From the NCBI RefSeq assembly GCF_006345805.1, contig NW_021833784.1:1-55524 (forward strand): a stretch of 55,524 bases of DNA, in the 5' to 3' direction. Both the position numbers and the translations under genes were made by a program. Below are positions 1 to 13,748 of this stretch, piece after piece. The notes beneath the pieces are model-generated. The model was not told where the DNA came from, did not search any database, and saw only the letters and a list, made by a program, of their open reading frames with translations. Within the stretch, counting starts at the first letter, position 1; every line of letters begins with the position of its first letter. The stretch is from Octopus sinensis. Lineage: Eukaryota.

Positions 1-1336
1 AGAAATCTTTTAATACTTTCACACTTCCGCTGCTGTTTTGTGGAATGCCACAAACAAACAAACATACTCATATCTCTGTCTCGGTCTCTGTCTGTTTCTC
101 TCTCTCTCACCCCATGCACATACACAAACACACACATACAGACAAACGTACAAAATTATTCATGCTCGCCATAAATTCGCCATAATATTCATTCTTATTC
201 GTCATTTGACACTGCACTTTTACTTTTCTTTCGTCCTATTTTGTTGTTCTCGTTTTGTCTGAATTGTTTTGTTTTGTTTTTATTTACTCGTCTATTTTTT
301 GTTACAACCGTGTTGTTTATCGCTTCTTCTTTATTCTTTTATCTTTACGAAATTGCGATATTCCTCCATTTCCACGCCCATGTGAAGTGTAGTTTCCTGA
401 GTAACGCTACACCCTGTGCTCGCTCCCGATCTGCAAGAAACAGTAGCCAAATTTCTTTCAAATCTTACCTTGCCATCTTAATACACAATAAACAACGTTG
501 TTCTCCGAATGCACTTTGTCATAAATTTCTGTTGTTGTCAAACCTCATATTCTTCCTGTCAGAGCAGACCTATGATAAACTCCATTGCAACCATAATCAA
601 TATTTCAGTTTTCTGATATTTTCTACAATGAACTATTCACCCAAAACGGGTTTTCTTGTTCGTAAAACAACTGCGTGAGACGGGCACAAGATTCCTGGAG
701 ACTATTGCGTCAATTCCATGCTGCTTGTGCTTCAAAGGAACAGCTAAACACGATTGCACTAACCTCAGAATATGGCGGCTACTTAAAGTTATCTTCAGCA
801 GATGGAGTAGACTTCTGCACCATTTCAACAAAGGCTGTATATTGATAATGCTTAACAAATATGTAATGGAGCATTAAAAAGCTATCTGGAAATAAGTATG
901 AGGTGTGGGAGACATATTGATAAGTGATTGATAATGTATTTGATGCATGAAGCATTAATAAGAAATCCAGAAATGATGAATTAGATATATTCTTTAATGC
1001 TGAAATGTTTAGTGCATGCTTATAAATAAGACGTCTAAAAAAATGTAATTTGAGAAATATATAGTCTAGTTTTAGCATATTTGAAACTTGGAGCATTAAA
1101 AAAAGAAAAGAACGAGCCAAATGATAAATATACACTGAGAAAAATTAAACAACAAAAGAAAAAGCAAAAAGCAAAACATATTCGTTAGCGGTAAATGGTT
1201 TTATTTTTATCGTAAATAGAGGGGAGACAACTCACAAAAATTAGGACATTACTGTTGCCGTAACGACCACCACAACCTCCTCCTCCACCACCACCACCAC
1301 TACCACTACTACTATTACTACTATAAATAATAGTAA

Positions 1337-1379
<43 letters not shown>

Positions 1380-1920
1380 GATGCAGTACCAGGCAGTGGT
1401 TCTCATGGCTTCTGATCTTAACTGATTGGAAGTGTTATCATGTACATTGTTTTGTCTTGGTATAAAAGATGGGCTACAGCAAATATTCTGCTCAATACCA
1501 CAGATTTGCTTGTCAGTTGTTTGACCATAACCAGTTGAGCATGGCCCTTAGTGGCTGAAGATATGTGCATCTCTGATCACGAGCAGAAGTAGTGGGGGAG
1601 CATCATAGCCATGTGTTGAGAGGGATTCTTTGGGGTTTGAATAGTTCACCTCTGGAAACATGGGTGGTTCTTTCAACATCCTTAAACAACCCTTATTCAG
1701 GGACCGTTTGAGCGGGATGGGCTACTCAACCTGAAGAAAATTCTAACTGGGCCCCCACCTGCAAGGTCATGTGCTGTTTATCTTGATATGAGATCACCAT
1801 GTCGCGCACATATGGTTGTGATGCATGTGCCTGGTGTACCTTTATCAGACGGGTAGTCATGATGGGTATATTGGGCTTCGTATATTTTACCCCAGAGAGC
1901 ATGAACTGCTCTCTCACTCA
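1380..1920. mobile_element. Probable interspersed repeat bounded by (TAA)n tracts
   Basis: About 540 bp of complex, higher-GC sequence with (TAA)n at 1340-1379 and 1920-1936; no ORF similarity recognised. Confidence 0.5.
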
Positions 1921-1942
1921 ATAATAATAATAATAAAAGTTT

Positions 1943-2167
1943 AAAGAAGAAGAAGAAGAAGAAGAAGAAGAAGAAGAAGAAGAAGAAGAAGAAGAAAAAG
2001 AAGAAGAAGAAGAAGAAGAAGAAGATAAAAGAAGAAGAAGAAGAAGAAGAAGAAAAAGAAGAAGAGAAGAAGAAGAAGAAGAAGAAGAAGAAGAAGAAGA
2101 AGAAGAAGAAGAAGAAGAAGAAGAAGAAGAAGAAGAAGAAGAGGGAGAAGAAGAAGAAGAAGAAGAA
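1943..2167 (+). repeat. (GAA)n microsatellite
   Basis: Direct reading; explains the poly-Ser ORF 1918-2181. Confidence 0.97.
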
Positions 2168-2835
2168 GTGATAATCATCATCGTGGATATGCTGCTGGTT
2201 TAATTCGATTATTTACACATCGTTTTCCCTCATTGTTCACCGGTGTTGATAAAGATTCTAATGAGAATTTTATCTTACTTCGACAAACTACAATAATGAG
2301 AAGAGCACACGCACCATTAACAGATGGGCAAAGACGTTACAATTGTAATACAGTGTTGGAAATAATTCTCTGAGCGTAAAATCCTCTTTCATATTTTAAC
2401 TTTCCCAATATTAGTTTTGATAAGCGAATTCACGGAATTTTATGAGGCATAATGAACACGTATTATATTAAGTCCTAGCGACAATGCCTGGATTTCTATC
2501 AAGAATGTTTAGCACTGATTGGCTGATTGCATTTCGTCTTCATGCGTTGTATTATAACTTTAGTCAAAGCGTTTGCGTAACATAATCCTCAATCTTCAAT
2601 TTCCCTAGTCGGAAATAGCCTGTCGTAGATTATCGAGTATTATATGGAATATTCTAGAGTAAAGAATATAATACTTATGTTTAGGCGCGCTTATTTCGGT
2701 TTATTACTGGAATATAATGGTAAAATCTTGGAGGAAACTAGTATACTGTATGCTTGAAGTTCATGAACGTAACTACATATATGCGATCTCACTCTTTTCT
2801 TTTGTCTCAGTTATGTACACAAGTAATGAAGAAAT

Positions 2836-3044
2836 ACTGGCTTCAAATTTTGGCACAAGGCCAGCAACATGGGAGGATGGGATACGTCGATAGCATATGC
2901 TCAGCTGGTACTTATTCTGTCGACCCCGAAAGGATGAAAGGCAAAGTGGGCCGCGGCGGAATTTGAACTCAGAAAGTTAAAACGGACAAAACGCCGCTAA
3001 GCATTTTCCCACTATGCTAATTATTCTGCTAGCTTGCTGCTTTC
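2836..3044 (-). mobile_element. SINE family B (tRNA-like head plus MetaSINE-like GCCTTTCATCCTTTCGGGGTCGA core)
   Basis: Minus strand has B-box-like GAGTTCAAATTCC and the core; 14-bp TSD AGTAATGAAGAAAT at 2822-2835 and 3045-3058. Confidence 0.9.
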
Positions 3045-3449
3045 AGTAATGAAGAAATTTTAATGATACATACATTTGTATATATCCGATAAACATCATA
3101 AAATAATTTTTTTTAGTAATAATCAAAGAGAACTGATTGAAAGTCATAGGAATCGAACTTCATACTTTTTGCTTGCTATATGACTGTGTTACCCACTGCA
3201 TCTGAAAGACACATCGTCTGCCTCTATCGTAAACAAATGTAGCCTTTTGAACTTGCTCTGATGATTGAAAACAAATAAATAAAACTCCTGATTTGAAAAA
3301 AGGATACTGGATTAGGACTTAAAGTTTTGCGTACTTACGCCAAAGTGTCACGTAAGGTAAAATTACAGGTCTAATTTGAATGAAGCTTGTAACATTTTAT
3401 TGACTTTTAAAATTGATATGAAGCAACACAACGCAATCTATTCAAACTT

Positions 3450-4450
3450 ATCAATTGATACTGCAATCATGGTTTCTTCTTTCCTTTGCCATTGTTTTGT
3501 AGAAGAGGGAACGTTGATCTTGTCTCCTTCGGATAGTTTCAGTACGATAATATTTGTTAGGATGACATTTCATCTCGAACGCCTGTAGGATGGCGTTCCT
3601 ATTAAGATTGGGAATATAGAAATATAATGCTATTAAAATACTTGAAACATTGATGTGATATGAAACTAAGGAAAGATCTCCAAGTTCTTGCCAACTTGCC
3701 ATCATGTTCTTACTGGATGCGTAAGTATGATCCATAGAGCCATTTAAGATATAAAATATTTCTGCTAGTAGAGGCATAAATTCTGCGTCTGAAACTTGTG
3801 CTGTTTGTGGTATGGATTGCTGTGAGGAAGTCACTTAAAGGTGCTTTTGCACATTCGTGTCTATTTTCAATATTGTTTTCAATATTGTTTTGCTCCGTCT
3901 CTAGTCTGATCGAGTAGAAGAAAAGGCACGAACCTCAGATCGATCTTCTCAATCATACCATGTCTTTCTCTGGTTGAAGACCATACAAAACAATCTGACA
4001 TGAAGTGAATAAGTTGGATGACGTGCAGTACGACAGTGTGGATGGACATATTACACATAATCCATTGGTCAGTCTTGTACACCTGTTCCTCTATATTTAT
4101 CGATGGTTGTGTGCATCGCAGAATAAGGTTTCGAATTAGAAGAGTAATTCCCGTTGCATCTATTTCATTATGTATGTAGTGCTTTCTTTTTGTTTCGAGC
4201 GGGAATGTGTACTTTTATCAAGCGGTTGCAGCAATGTTGCATAGGTAGTTGTATAGATATCTGATAACTTATTATTTCTGAAATTGTATGGAATGTGTAG
4301 TCGGTTGGTGCTTACTGGTGCATCAAACTGTCCCTGTCACATTTTAGTTTCCTTGTGTAGGTCATCTGTTGATCTTGTCTGAATTATCTACTATACTACA
4401 CAGTGCTATTTTGGGGTCATTTCTACTTTACTGGATGTTCTTGTGAAGGG
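3450..4450 (-). pseudogene. Highly degraded RTE-like LINE reverse transcriptase remnant
   Basis: Broken minus-strand peptides QVYKTDQW, LRFVPF and ENRHECAKAPLSDFLTA loosely follow RT motifs 0-3 of RTE LINEs; many stops and frameshifts. Confidence 0.35.
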
Positions 4451-4581
4451 ATTATGAAAGGTGTACAGTTATAAGTAATATAAGTTTTGATAGATCACAT
4501 ACTTTTATACACTGCTTTGTGTGTGTATGTGTGTTTGTGTGTGTATCAGCTTGTGTTTGTATTTGCATGTGTGTTTAAAGT

Positions 4582-4840
4582 GGTTTCTCGGTTTACTTGG
4601 CGTATAGCTTCCCCACCTGGACGGGGCGCCGGTCCGTCGCAGGTGAGCTTCAAGATGCAGGAGGAAAGAGTGAGAGAAAATTGTGGTGAAAGAGTCAGCA
4701 GAGGTTCGCTATTACCTTCTGACGGAGCCGCGTGGAGCTTGGGTGTTTCACTCATAAACACACACATCGCCCGGTCTGAGATTCGAACCCGCGATCCCTC
4801 GACCACGAGTCCGCTGCTCTAAACCACTAGGCCATGTGTC
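4582..4840 (-). mobile_element. SINE family C (tRNA-derived head, V-SINE-like 3' domain)
   Basis: Minus strand A box TGGCCTAGTGG, B box GGTTCGAATC, then CCTGCGACGGACCGGCGCCCCGTCCAGG. Confidence 0.9.
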
Positions 4841-5397
4841 TGATACGATTTGAAATTCACGGCGGCTGTGTCGAGCTTCGTGAAAATGGATTTATCTGTC
4901 ATCATTTCTGAAAGCTTTCGATTTAGCCGTTCTGGTTATAATCAATTAGTCCGTAGTATTTACTCTGCAATGCTTAGACCATATCTATCGCTAACATCTT
5001 TATGCCGTACTGAGTTTTCAAACATATTCCACTTCATAGTAGCCTATTGCTTTAATGATCACTTATAGAATGAAGGTGTAGAATTGAAAGCATCTTCGTT
5101 AATCCTGTTTTATCTACTGTAACGTAATTTTCTTAGAAGTTAAATCGCTAATCTGTATTTATAGCTTAATCATTTCAGACATATAATCAAGCAAATCTTT
5201 ATATGATGTTCTAAATATAGTGGAATTCACTGGATGTCACGAAGTAAGAAGAATGCCGTGTATCTCGGATTAAAGGCTGTATACAGCTAGATGCTTCACA
5301 GTCCGCTACGGGACAGAAATTGTAGAATGATGTTCGGTGGGTTTATGCCTATCAGCCACGTGATTTGCTTTCTAATATGGACTCCTTATGTGAAGAA

Positions 5398-5656
5398 TTG
5401 TTGTTTGTTCCTTCTCGGGCCATGCCCGGCTCATAAGGGCAGGTTTTCCGGTTTCCTTGGCGTATAGGTTCCCCACCTGGACGGGACGCCGGTCCGTCGC
5501 AGGTGAGCTGCAAGGTGCAGGAGGAAAGAGTGAGAGAAAGTTGTGGCGAAAGAGTCAGAATCCGAAAGGATGAAAGGCCAAGTGGACCTCGGCTGAATTT
5601 GAACTCAGAACGCAACGGCAGGCGAAATTCCGTTAAGCATTCTACCCGGCATGCTA
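5398..5656 (-). mobile_element. Chimeric SINE: family B head joined to family C body and tail
   Basis: 5560-5656 matches the family B head and core; 5398-5559 matches the 3' part of the copy at 4582-4700. Confidence 0.8.
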
Positions 5657-7165
5657 CACTACACCATCAACCCATACCCAATCATTTCAGCTGTAAATAG
5701 GGGAAAAAAATCATTTTTGTTTTACAGAAGTAAAGAAGCAAATAGAAATAAACAGACAGCGAGTCGCCAATTTCTCGAGTATTTTGCTCTTTGTTGTATA
5801 TCAGAGAAACTTTAAAACACATGAGTTGTTCTGCAATGGTTGGCGTTGGTAAGAAACAACAAAAAGAAACAGCTTGAGAATATGAGAATAGAATATACAT
5901 TCAGCCACTTTGATAATTTTCATTACTGTAAAACAAAATGGAAATATTATCATATGAACAATAATAATAAACAGTTTAAAAAAAATAAATATGAAATACT
6001 AAAGCTAAAAAATATACAACCCTAAAATGAAACACAAAAGACAAATATATACAAACGTACACACGCACGCATAGAAATATAGAGGCCAGAAAGCACAGAG
6101 ACACACATAAGCAGGAATACGCACATCAGGATGAGGCGATAAATGTAATGTGGGATGGCCAGAGTTGAAAGGTTTCGCAAGATGGATCTTATTGATAGTC
6201 TGGAATGTTCCGTCTGTTCCGGTGATAATATTTTCTTCGGTATAACTGAACGATGTCTATAACAAAGGAAAATAATATACTTTCATCAAACAATCCGTTG
6301 CCATTCCCTTTTATTCTCATCTAGTCTTGCTCTTAACGTTCCTTTATCAATTTATTACCATTATTTAATTCTACGCTTATTTATTTATTCATTTACATAT
6401 TTATTTGTTTATTTGTTTAATATTCTGTTCGCGTTAAGACAGAATAATTCACTATACTTAAACACATGCACATATATATATATATATATAGAGAGAGAGA
6501 GGTGTATATATATATATATATATATACACACACCTCTCTATATGTGTGTGTTTAAGTATACAGAATTATATATATATATATATATATACATATACATACG
6601 TACATATAAATATATATATATATATATAAAAGGATACATACACGTATGTGAGCGTATATACATCGGGTATATCTCCCAATCTATCTACACACTCAGACAC
6701 GCGCATACAGGCGCGCCACCACACACATGTAAATATATGCGCATGCGTGCTTTCGTGTGCTTCTCATGTCAATTTTCTGAACATTTCTGTGCTTGACGTA
6801 ATACTTCCGGTTAAAGTAAGACACACTTCCTTTACAAGAGGAAAACAGAGAAATAGTAAAACATAGAACGGTAAAATAATTAATTCTTACAATGTTAAAA
6901 TACTTTTGACTCTTACAAATTCCAAACGGATCACAGTAGCTATATATAAAATATATACAGTATCATTGGCAATACAAAGTTAATTTTGTTTTTCTCTCTC
7001 TACTCGACATTTTTTTCCTTTTCGTTTAACACAAGTAATGATGAATGGGGTGGCGGATGCTTCTCTCTCACATTAATAGTTTTTGAATTTGAGCGATTGA
7101 ATCCTATCTTAAAATTGCACCTTTACGCGAAAACACGCACATACACACAGAGGTATATCTATGTG

Positions 7166-7231
<66 letters not shown>

Positions 7232-7235
7232 CCAT

Positions 7236-7278
<43 letters not shown>

Positions 7279-7577
7279 TATATATGTATATATATATGTA
7301 TGTATGTATTATACCTCTGGATATCCTTGTGGTTTATTTTGATTGTAATCACCTTATTTTGAAATTGTATGGATAACACCGCACTAAATACTCGTACCTC
7401 TTATGTATCATATTCATCTGAATCAATATGTATATATATAGGGAGAAATTACAAAAAAAAAGACGAAGACAGGTGTTGTAGACAACAAACAGATGTATTA
7501 GTTTAACGCACGGGAAGTGAAGAAGTCTTTAACGTTTCCAGCCTACGCTCTTCTACAGAAAGGAACACAGCAAGAAC

Positions 7578-7685
7578 ACAGCTAGTGGCTGAGCACTCCA
7601 CAGACATGTGTACCCTTAACGTAGTTCTCAGGGGAGATTCAGCGTGACAAAGAGTGTGACAAGTCTGGCCTTTTGAAATACAAAA
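7578..7685 (-). mobile_element. Fragment of repeat/SINE tail family E
   Basis: Reverse complement of part of 16790-16890. Confidence 0.75.
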
Positions 7686-8050
7686 TGTCGATTAAATCAG
7701 ATGTTCTTAAAATACCATTATTTCCGCCTACTATGGCGAGGACCCACTTTGTTCTTCCTCTCTTTACCGCTCCTGAGCTATGTCGAAATCCTACAATTAA
7801 TAAGCAACTTTATATATATTTATATATACATACATGCACACATATACATATATATATATATATATACACGTACATATATATATAAATATATACATATACG
7901 TATATATATGTGTGTGTGTATAGAATTATATATACAAATATAATTAGATGTATGTATATTATATATATATGATGTATATATAATGTATATATATATATAT
8001 GTATATATATATATGCATATATGTGTGTGTGTATCTCTCTCTCTCTCTCA

Positions 8051-8200
8051 AAACGAGAAAGGAGAAAACTGATTCGAAGACTACAGATCCAACCCATCAC
8101 TGGAACTGTAAAAATCTGTAAAACTTTGCAGGAGTAAAGTGAATAAGGGAATAGGAGCAGCTATGCAACATAGCGAAATGGAGATGAATAATCAGACAAA
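8051..8200 (+). mobile_element. Possible 3' end of an R4/Dong-like (REL) non-LTR element
   Basis: Reads ERRKLIRRLQIQPITGTVKICKTLQE*, similar to C-termini of REL-type retrotransposon ORFs; short. Confidence 0.35.
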
Positions 8201-8381
8201 AAATACACATCTGCACATATACATACATATATAGATACGTACATACATACATATGTATATAGATATATGTATGTATGTATGTATGTATGCATGTATGTCT
8301 GTATGTATGTATGTATGTATGTATGTATGTATGTATGTACGTATGTGTATATATATATATATATATATTAATATATATATA

Positions 8382-8413
<32 letters not shown>

Positions 8414-9072
8414 CACACACAGAGGGAGAGAGAGAAAGAGAGAGAGAGTGATACTATATACATATATAGGTACGCGCATGCAAAACATTTCTTAAGGTTG
8501 TATAAGATATGTTTAAAATCGTGTTTCTAGAAATCTCTTATATATTTGGAATTAACAGTCTTTTATGTATTGCAACAGATGCCCGTTTTAAAATTACATT
8601 AAACTCGGCTAAACTTTTGTCTTCAATTTAATCTTACAGCCACCTCTACTCAATAAAGCTTATTTTCTCGCCATTTCTGTCCCCACCCACACACCATAAT
8701 ATTTCTTTTTCCGCCCCTTTTATTGACATATCTGCTTAATCTGTATTTTTAATCTGTAAACATTTATTTAATTTTCTATCTCGAATAAAATGAAATTCTT
8801 TTCATTGGAATACACAACAAATTTTTTAAAGAAACATCAAGCTACACCCTATTCTTTTGAGTAAACTTTCCTCCCGATTGAAAAGATAAAGAAAAGGGAG
8901 GTAAAGCAGCATTGACAGGGCAAAACTTTATTCAATGTTAAAAGTTCAAATCTCGGTCTAGTTGATCGTCGAAATAATTTGAATGCCAGAATTGAATTAC
9001 ATCGTCGTTAAAGTAATAATTATTGTTCTTAAACGTACTTTTAAGGAATAACATTATTTTAATGTCTGCACA

Positions 9073-9141
<69 letters not shown>

Positions 9142-9202
9142 TACACACACACACATACATACACACACATATGCACACACAAATACATATATGCATGCAT
9201 GT

Positions 9203-9242
<40 letters not shown>

Positions 9243-10189
9243 CACACAAATTGTATAGATGTGTATGTCTCTCTCCCAGTCTCGCTCTCTCTCTATGTGC
9301 TGGGTAAAATATCCCTTCATCAGAGATGCAGATACAAATTGTTTTGGCATTGTGCCAATACGAGAAAAAGACTTATTGGTGTCAAGAAATGAGAAATATA
9401 ATGTCGACAGTGTTTTCAATGTTACTCTTTTTTTTGATCTTGGCGACATGACTGGGTTATTCTGTCGTATTATGTTAAATATAGTAATGTTTATTGACGA
9501 TGATATTCTATGAATGTTTCTGATCTCTATTGATTTTGTAATGTGTGTTTGATGCTGTTGCAGTGATGAAGGCAACGATAATGATAAAGTTAAAGAGAAA
9601 GCGAATGATGTGAAGAGTATTGGTGATGGAGGGTAATAAAAAAGGATGGTGGGAAAGCGTAAGAGGAAGATGATAAGAAACATTTATGTGGATAATGATA
9701 TGGCAAAGTTATCATTTTAAATATTTGTACCGCTGCTTTCATTAATATTGACCAAGTCATTTTACTAATGGTTGGATGGTATTAACCAAAGGTCAACAAT
9801 ATATATTTCACGATAAAAATATTCTTTTAAAAAAAAAAAATAGCTGTAAATACGCACACGTACGCATAAATAGAAAGCCAGGCATATAATCTATACAGCC
9901 ATAAATAGATAAACAGTATGAATATAACACACACACACAAACACATACACACTTACACACATACGCACATTTATGCTTGTATATATATATATATATATAT
10001 ACAGATAGATAGATAGATAGATATAAATATAGATATACGTGCGTAGGCATATATGTATGTATATACACACACAAACACACGTATATGCATGTATCTATGT
10101 ATGTATGTATAAATGTATGTATGTATGTATGTATGTATGTATGTATGTATGTATGTATATATATACAAACGCCAAAAAGTCATAAATAT

Positions 10190-11345
10190 ACAAGTCACTG
10201 ATCCAAATAACTGCATTATCCCTCAAGGACAAACCGATTCCATCTCAAAAAGCTTTCCTCCTACTTTTACTAAACAAATGACCTTATCAGAAGGAAGAGA
10301 TAGAGGGCCTTCTTCTACGATAATAGACACGAACTTGATGATAGTAGCATTAATAAATATAGCCTTAGATCCTTCAAAACACCTCAGCTCAACCCTCAGC
10401 TGGATAAATTCGAATCCAACATCCTTAATATAATCAAGAACTTAAAATCTCCAGATGTAAATCTTCATTCCAAAAACAACTTTCTAAAACAATCAAACTG
10501 ATTACCAAAACGCACTCTACTCCGATAAATCTGGAAATATATATTCACTTACTATTGATGAATACATTGGCTTTATTAGGAAGGAATTGGACAAGCCTTA
10601 CAAGATAGCTCCGACTTCCGCCCTGGATACCATTAACATTAGCTCTATAAGCTTGGGAACAAACTTGGAGTAGACGATCGTACAGAGCCCTACAACCCAA
10701 GAACTCCGCATTTCAACCTTAAAGACGACAAAGCGAATTTCATAACCAAACCCTGTATAAGGCTCAGTTGCCCTAAGAAATCGGACTTAGGACAAATCAG
10801 TAAGAATATACTAGACAATATAATACCTAGAGTTAGAAAGAAATTAGACGTCAATATATAGTCCTGCATAGGTGAGGTTATAACCTGGTTTCACCTCTTG
10901 GAAAACAAAAACATCTCATTCCTAAAAATTGATATCAACTTTTACTACGCCTCTATATTCCCTATCCTCCTTAACAAAGCTCTCATTCTAGCTAAAAGCC
11001 TAACTAGGCTGACCTCCTTAGAAATAGACGTAATTTTTAACTGCCAGAAAGACACTCATCTCCTTCGACGATAAGCATTGGTGCCAAATTACACTCAGTA
11101 ATAATGGTTATTTCTTCGATATAACCATGGGCTCATATGACTCTACTCAGGTCACGGATCTGGTCGAACTATAACTCTTCCAACAACTCCTCGTGTATTT
11201 TCCTAATATCAAGGGGAGTTTGTATCGGGACGATGGTTACTGGTTGGTTACTACAAGCCTAAATAGATTTACATTAAGGAAGTGTAGAAAAGATTTCATA
11301 AATTCTTTGCTAATATTTATCTATCACTTTTGAAAAGACTTACAA
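10190..11345 (+). pseudogene. Penelope-like element (Naiad-type) reverse transcriptase, disrupted
   Basis: Translates to LKDDKANFITKPCIRLSCPKKSDLGQISKNILD..VITWF..FLKIDINFYYASI..LLNKAL, then after a frameshift FDITMGSYDSTQVTDLV (ATG 11127) and LYRDDG (YRDD 11223-11234); stops and frameshifts present. Confidence 0.88.
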
Positions 11346-11482
11346 AACAGGGTTGCACGTAGGGACTTATGGACTAACATCTACACGATCGGAAAGTTGA
11401 ACTGTGAACGTTTATGCTTCTCTTTTCTTTTTCATCTTTTTCTTCATCACCTTATTCCTTTTTTCTCATCTTCTATGTCGTT

Positions 11483-11795
11483 AGGACTTATTATTTGTAA
11501 GCTTAGTACTTATTCTATCTATGTCTTTTGCCGAACCGCTAAGTTACGGTTGTCAAGCAATGTTGGGAGGACAAACACAAACACACAAACATACACACAC
11601 ACACACATATGTATATATATATATACATATCTACGACAGGCTTCTTTCAGGTTTCCCTGTACCAAATCCACTCACAAGGATTCGGTCGACCCGAGGCTAT
11701 AGTAGAAGATATTTGCCCAAGGTGCCACAGAGTGGACTGAACCCAGAACCATTTGGTTGTCATGCAAGCTACTTACCACACAGCCACTCCTGCGC
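11483..11795 (-). mobile_element. SINE family A (tRNA-like head, internal TA/TG microsatellite)
   Basis: Matches the copies at 15378 and 31068. Confidence 0.9.
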
Positions 11796-12119
11796 ACTTC
11801 TGAATTTTTTCTTTGCCAATTCATCCTTTAACCCTTGATAATTTCTGGAACAAATTAGCAAACAAGCTTTACCTTCAATATTGTATTCTATATCTAGTCT
11901 CTGGAGATACGACAAGGTTTCACAGATATTAATGGATCCCATGGCATTTGTCAGTAACAAGGACCTGTCGATGATTCAAGAAATTGATTATGCACTAATA
12001 GTAACAAAATCTGTTATGACATACACGAAACTTAGTCTATGCAAATGTCGACTTTCTCAAATTGCATACGTTTGGGTCCTTTATTCAGGTCTCAATGAAA
12101 CTGTGGTTCACTATAATCG

Positions 12120-12205
12120 GAATTCCGTCGGTTGCGACGACGAGAGTGTTCCAATTGATTCGATCAACGGAATAAGCTGATTGTAAAATTAACGTGCAAG
12201 GGGCC
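12120..12205 (-). mobile_element. Fragment of repeat/SINE tail family E
   Basis: Reverse complement of 16890-16968 (CCGTCGGTTGCGACGACGAG...AATTAACGTGCAAG). Confidence 0.75.
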
Positions 12206-13333
12206 TCACCTTCTTCAATTTTGACTGGGTAATTCATAACTGTAAACATGAAATAAATTAATGAATAAATTAGTAAATAAATAAATATTAAAGAAATGAC
12301 AGTTTTAATATCCACGATTTAATATGGTGCAATGGATTCGAAAGACACAATGTTTGGTAATTCAACACTAATATGAATATATGTAAGCTACCTTCCAGTA
12401 TGGATCTATCTGTGCTCAAATAAACAAGTATTTTACTTGTGTTTTACAATCAGAAGAATTCACAAATGAGTTAGCAGCCCTGTTTACTCTATAAAACAAC
12501 CGCTTTCCAACAGTTTCTCAAGTCACAATTAACTGATTATAAAAAGTCATTTTACAGCCTTACTGCTGTATAATCCTCATAATTATAAATTGTAGAACTG
12601 AATAATCGGAGTTAAATCCGTCGGTCACATTCAGTGTTTGGATGATCCGAAATGCTGTCCCTTCGGATTGTTCCTGCGAACCATTTCACTCAGCCATCTT
12701 TGATCTTAAATCTAAGTGCAAGAGGAACAAAAATCAATAGATGGAAATAGAATGAGCCTGTGTGATGTTATTGAATTTCTCAAGGATATTAATGGCGTTA
12801 ATGAAGTGAATTAATTAACACAAATAAACAACTTTACACAGATTTCTCCTTGGGAAAATGAAAATTTTGTTTTTTCAACGCTCTCTGACCGAGTCAGGTT
12901 CATTTTGATCAAGGATAAATGCCCTCTGCGCTATGAGAGGCGAAACTGTACGTTTATGTTTACAGTGTTGCTCAATAATATAAACCAGGAAACCAAGACA
13001 ACAAAAAGAACTTCGTGGTCACGTGATCTGCTTAAACTTCATCCGAATTCACTCTCTTGAAAAATGAGAAGGTCTTACTGGATAATGTATTTCTAGTTAA
13101 CAAGAAGAAAAAACGGGGTGGTAATGATTGGAACCCTTTAACCACAGCCATGCTCAATCAGGTTTCAACTTCGTGTAAAAGCAACAACGATAACAACAAC
13201 AAAACGATAACAACACAACTCATGAAACCTAATGTGATCAAAAATCGACAGAGAATAGCAAGTTTAAAGTGAAAGGTTCTCACTGCAACGAAAATAATAT
13301 AAATTAAACCAAAATTAATATTATATATTATAT

Positions 13334-13369
<36 letters not shown>

Positions 13370-13402
13370 ATATAATATTATATATATATATTATATTATA
13401 TA

Positions 13403-13446
<44 letters not shown>

Positions 13447-13475
13447 TGTATGTATGTGTGTGTGTTTGTGTGTCT

Positions 13476-13675
13476 GTGTTTGTCCCCCTCCCCAACATCG
13501 CTTGACAACCGATGCTGGTGTGTTTAGGTCCCCGTAACTTAGCGGTTCAGCAAAAAGAGACCGACAGAATAAGTACTAGGCTTACAAAGAATAAGTCCTG
13601 GGGTCGATTAGCTCGACTAAAGGCGGTGCTCCTGCATGGCCACAGTCAAATGACTGAAACAAGTAAAAGAGTAAA
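13476..13675 (+). mobile_element. SINE family A, 3' half
   Basis: CATCGCTTGACAACCGATGCTGG...ATGACTGAAACAAGTAAAAGAG, flanked by (TA)n. Confidence 0.9.

Positions 13676-13748
<73 letters not shown>

Noticed and set aside
630-880. Possible exon or GIY-YIG remnant (ETGTRFLE)
   Set aside because: Similarity too short, and no other motif supports it
6413-10216. Many YI/CV/HT-rich ORFs (also 29878-33000, 40657-41203, 49249-49769)
   Set aside because: Translations of (TA)n, (TG)n and (TATG)n repeats
12640-12674. SECIS-like hairpin (ATGA..AAA..GA)
   Set aside because: A stem exists, but ATGA-to-AA spacing is far too short for a SECIS and there is no linked ORF
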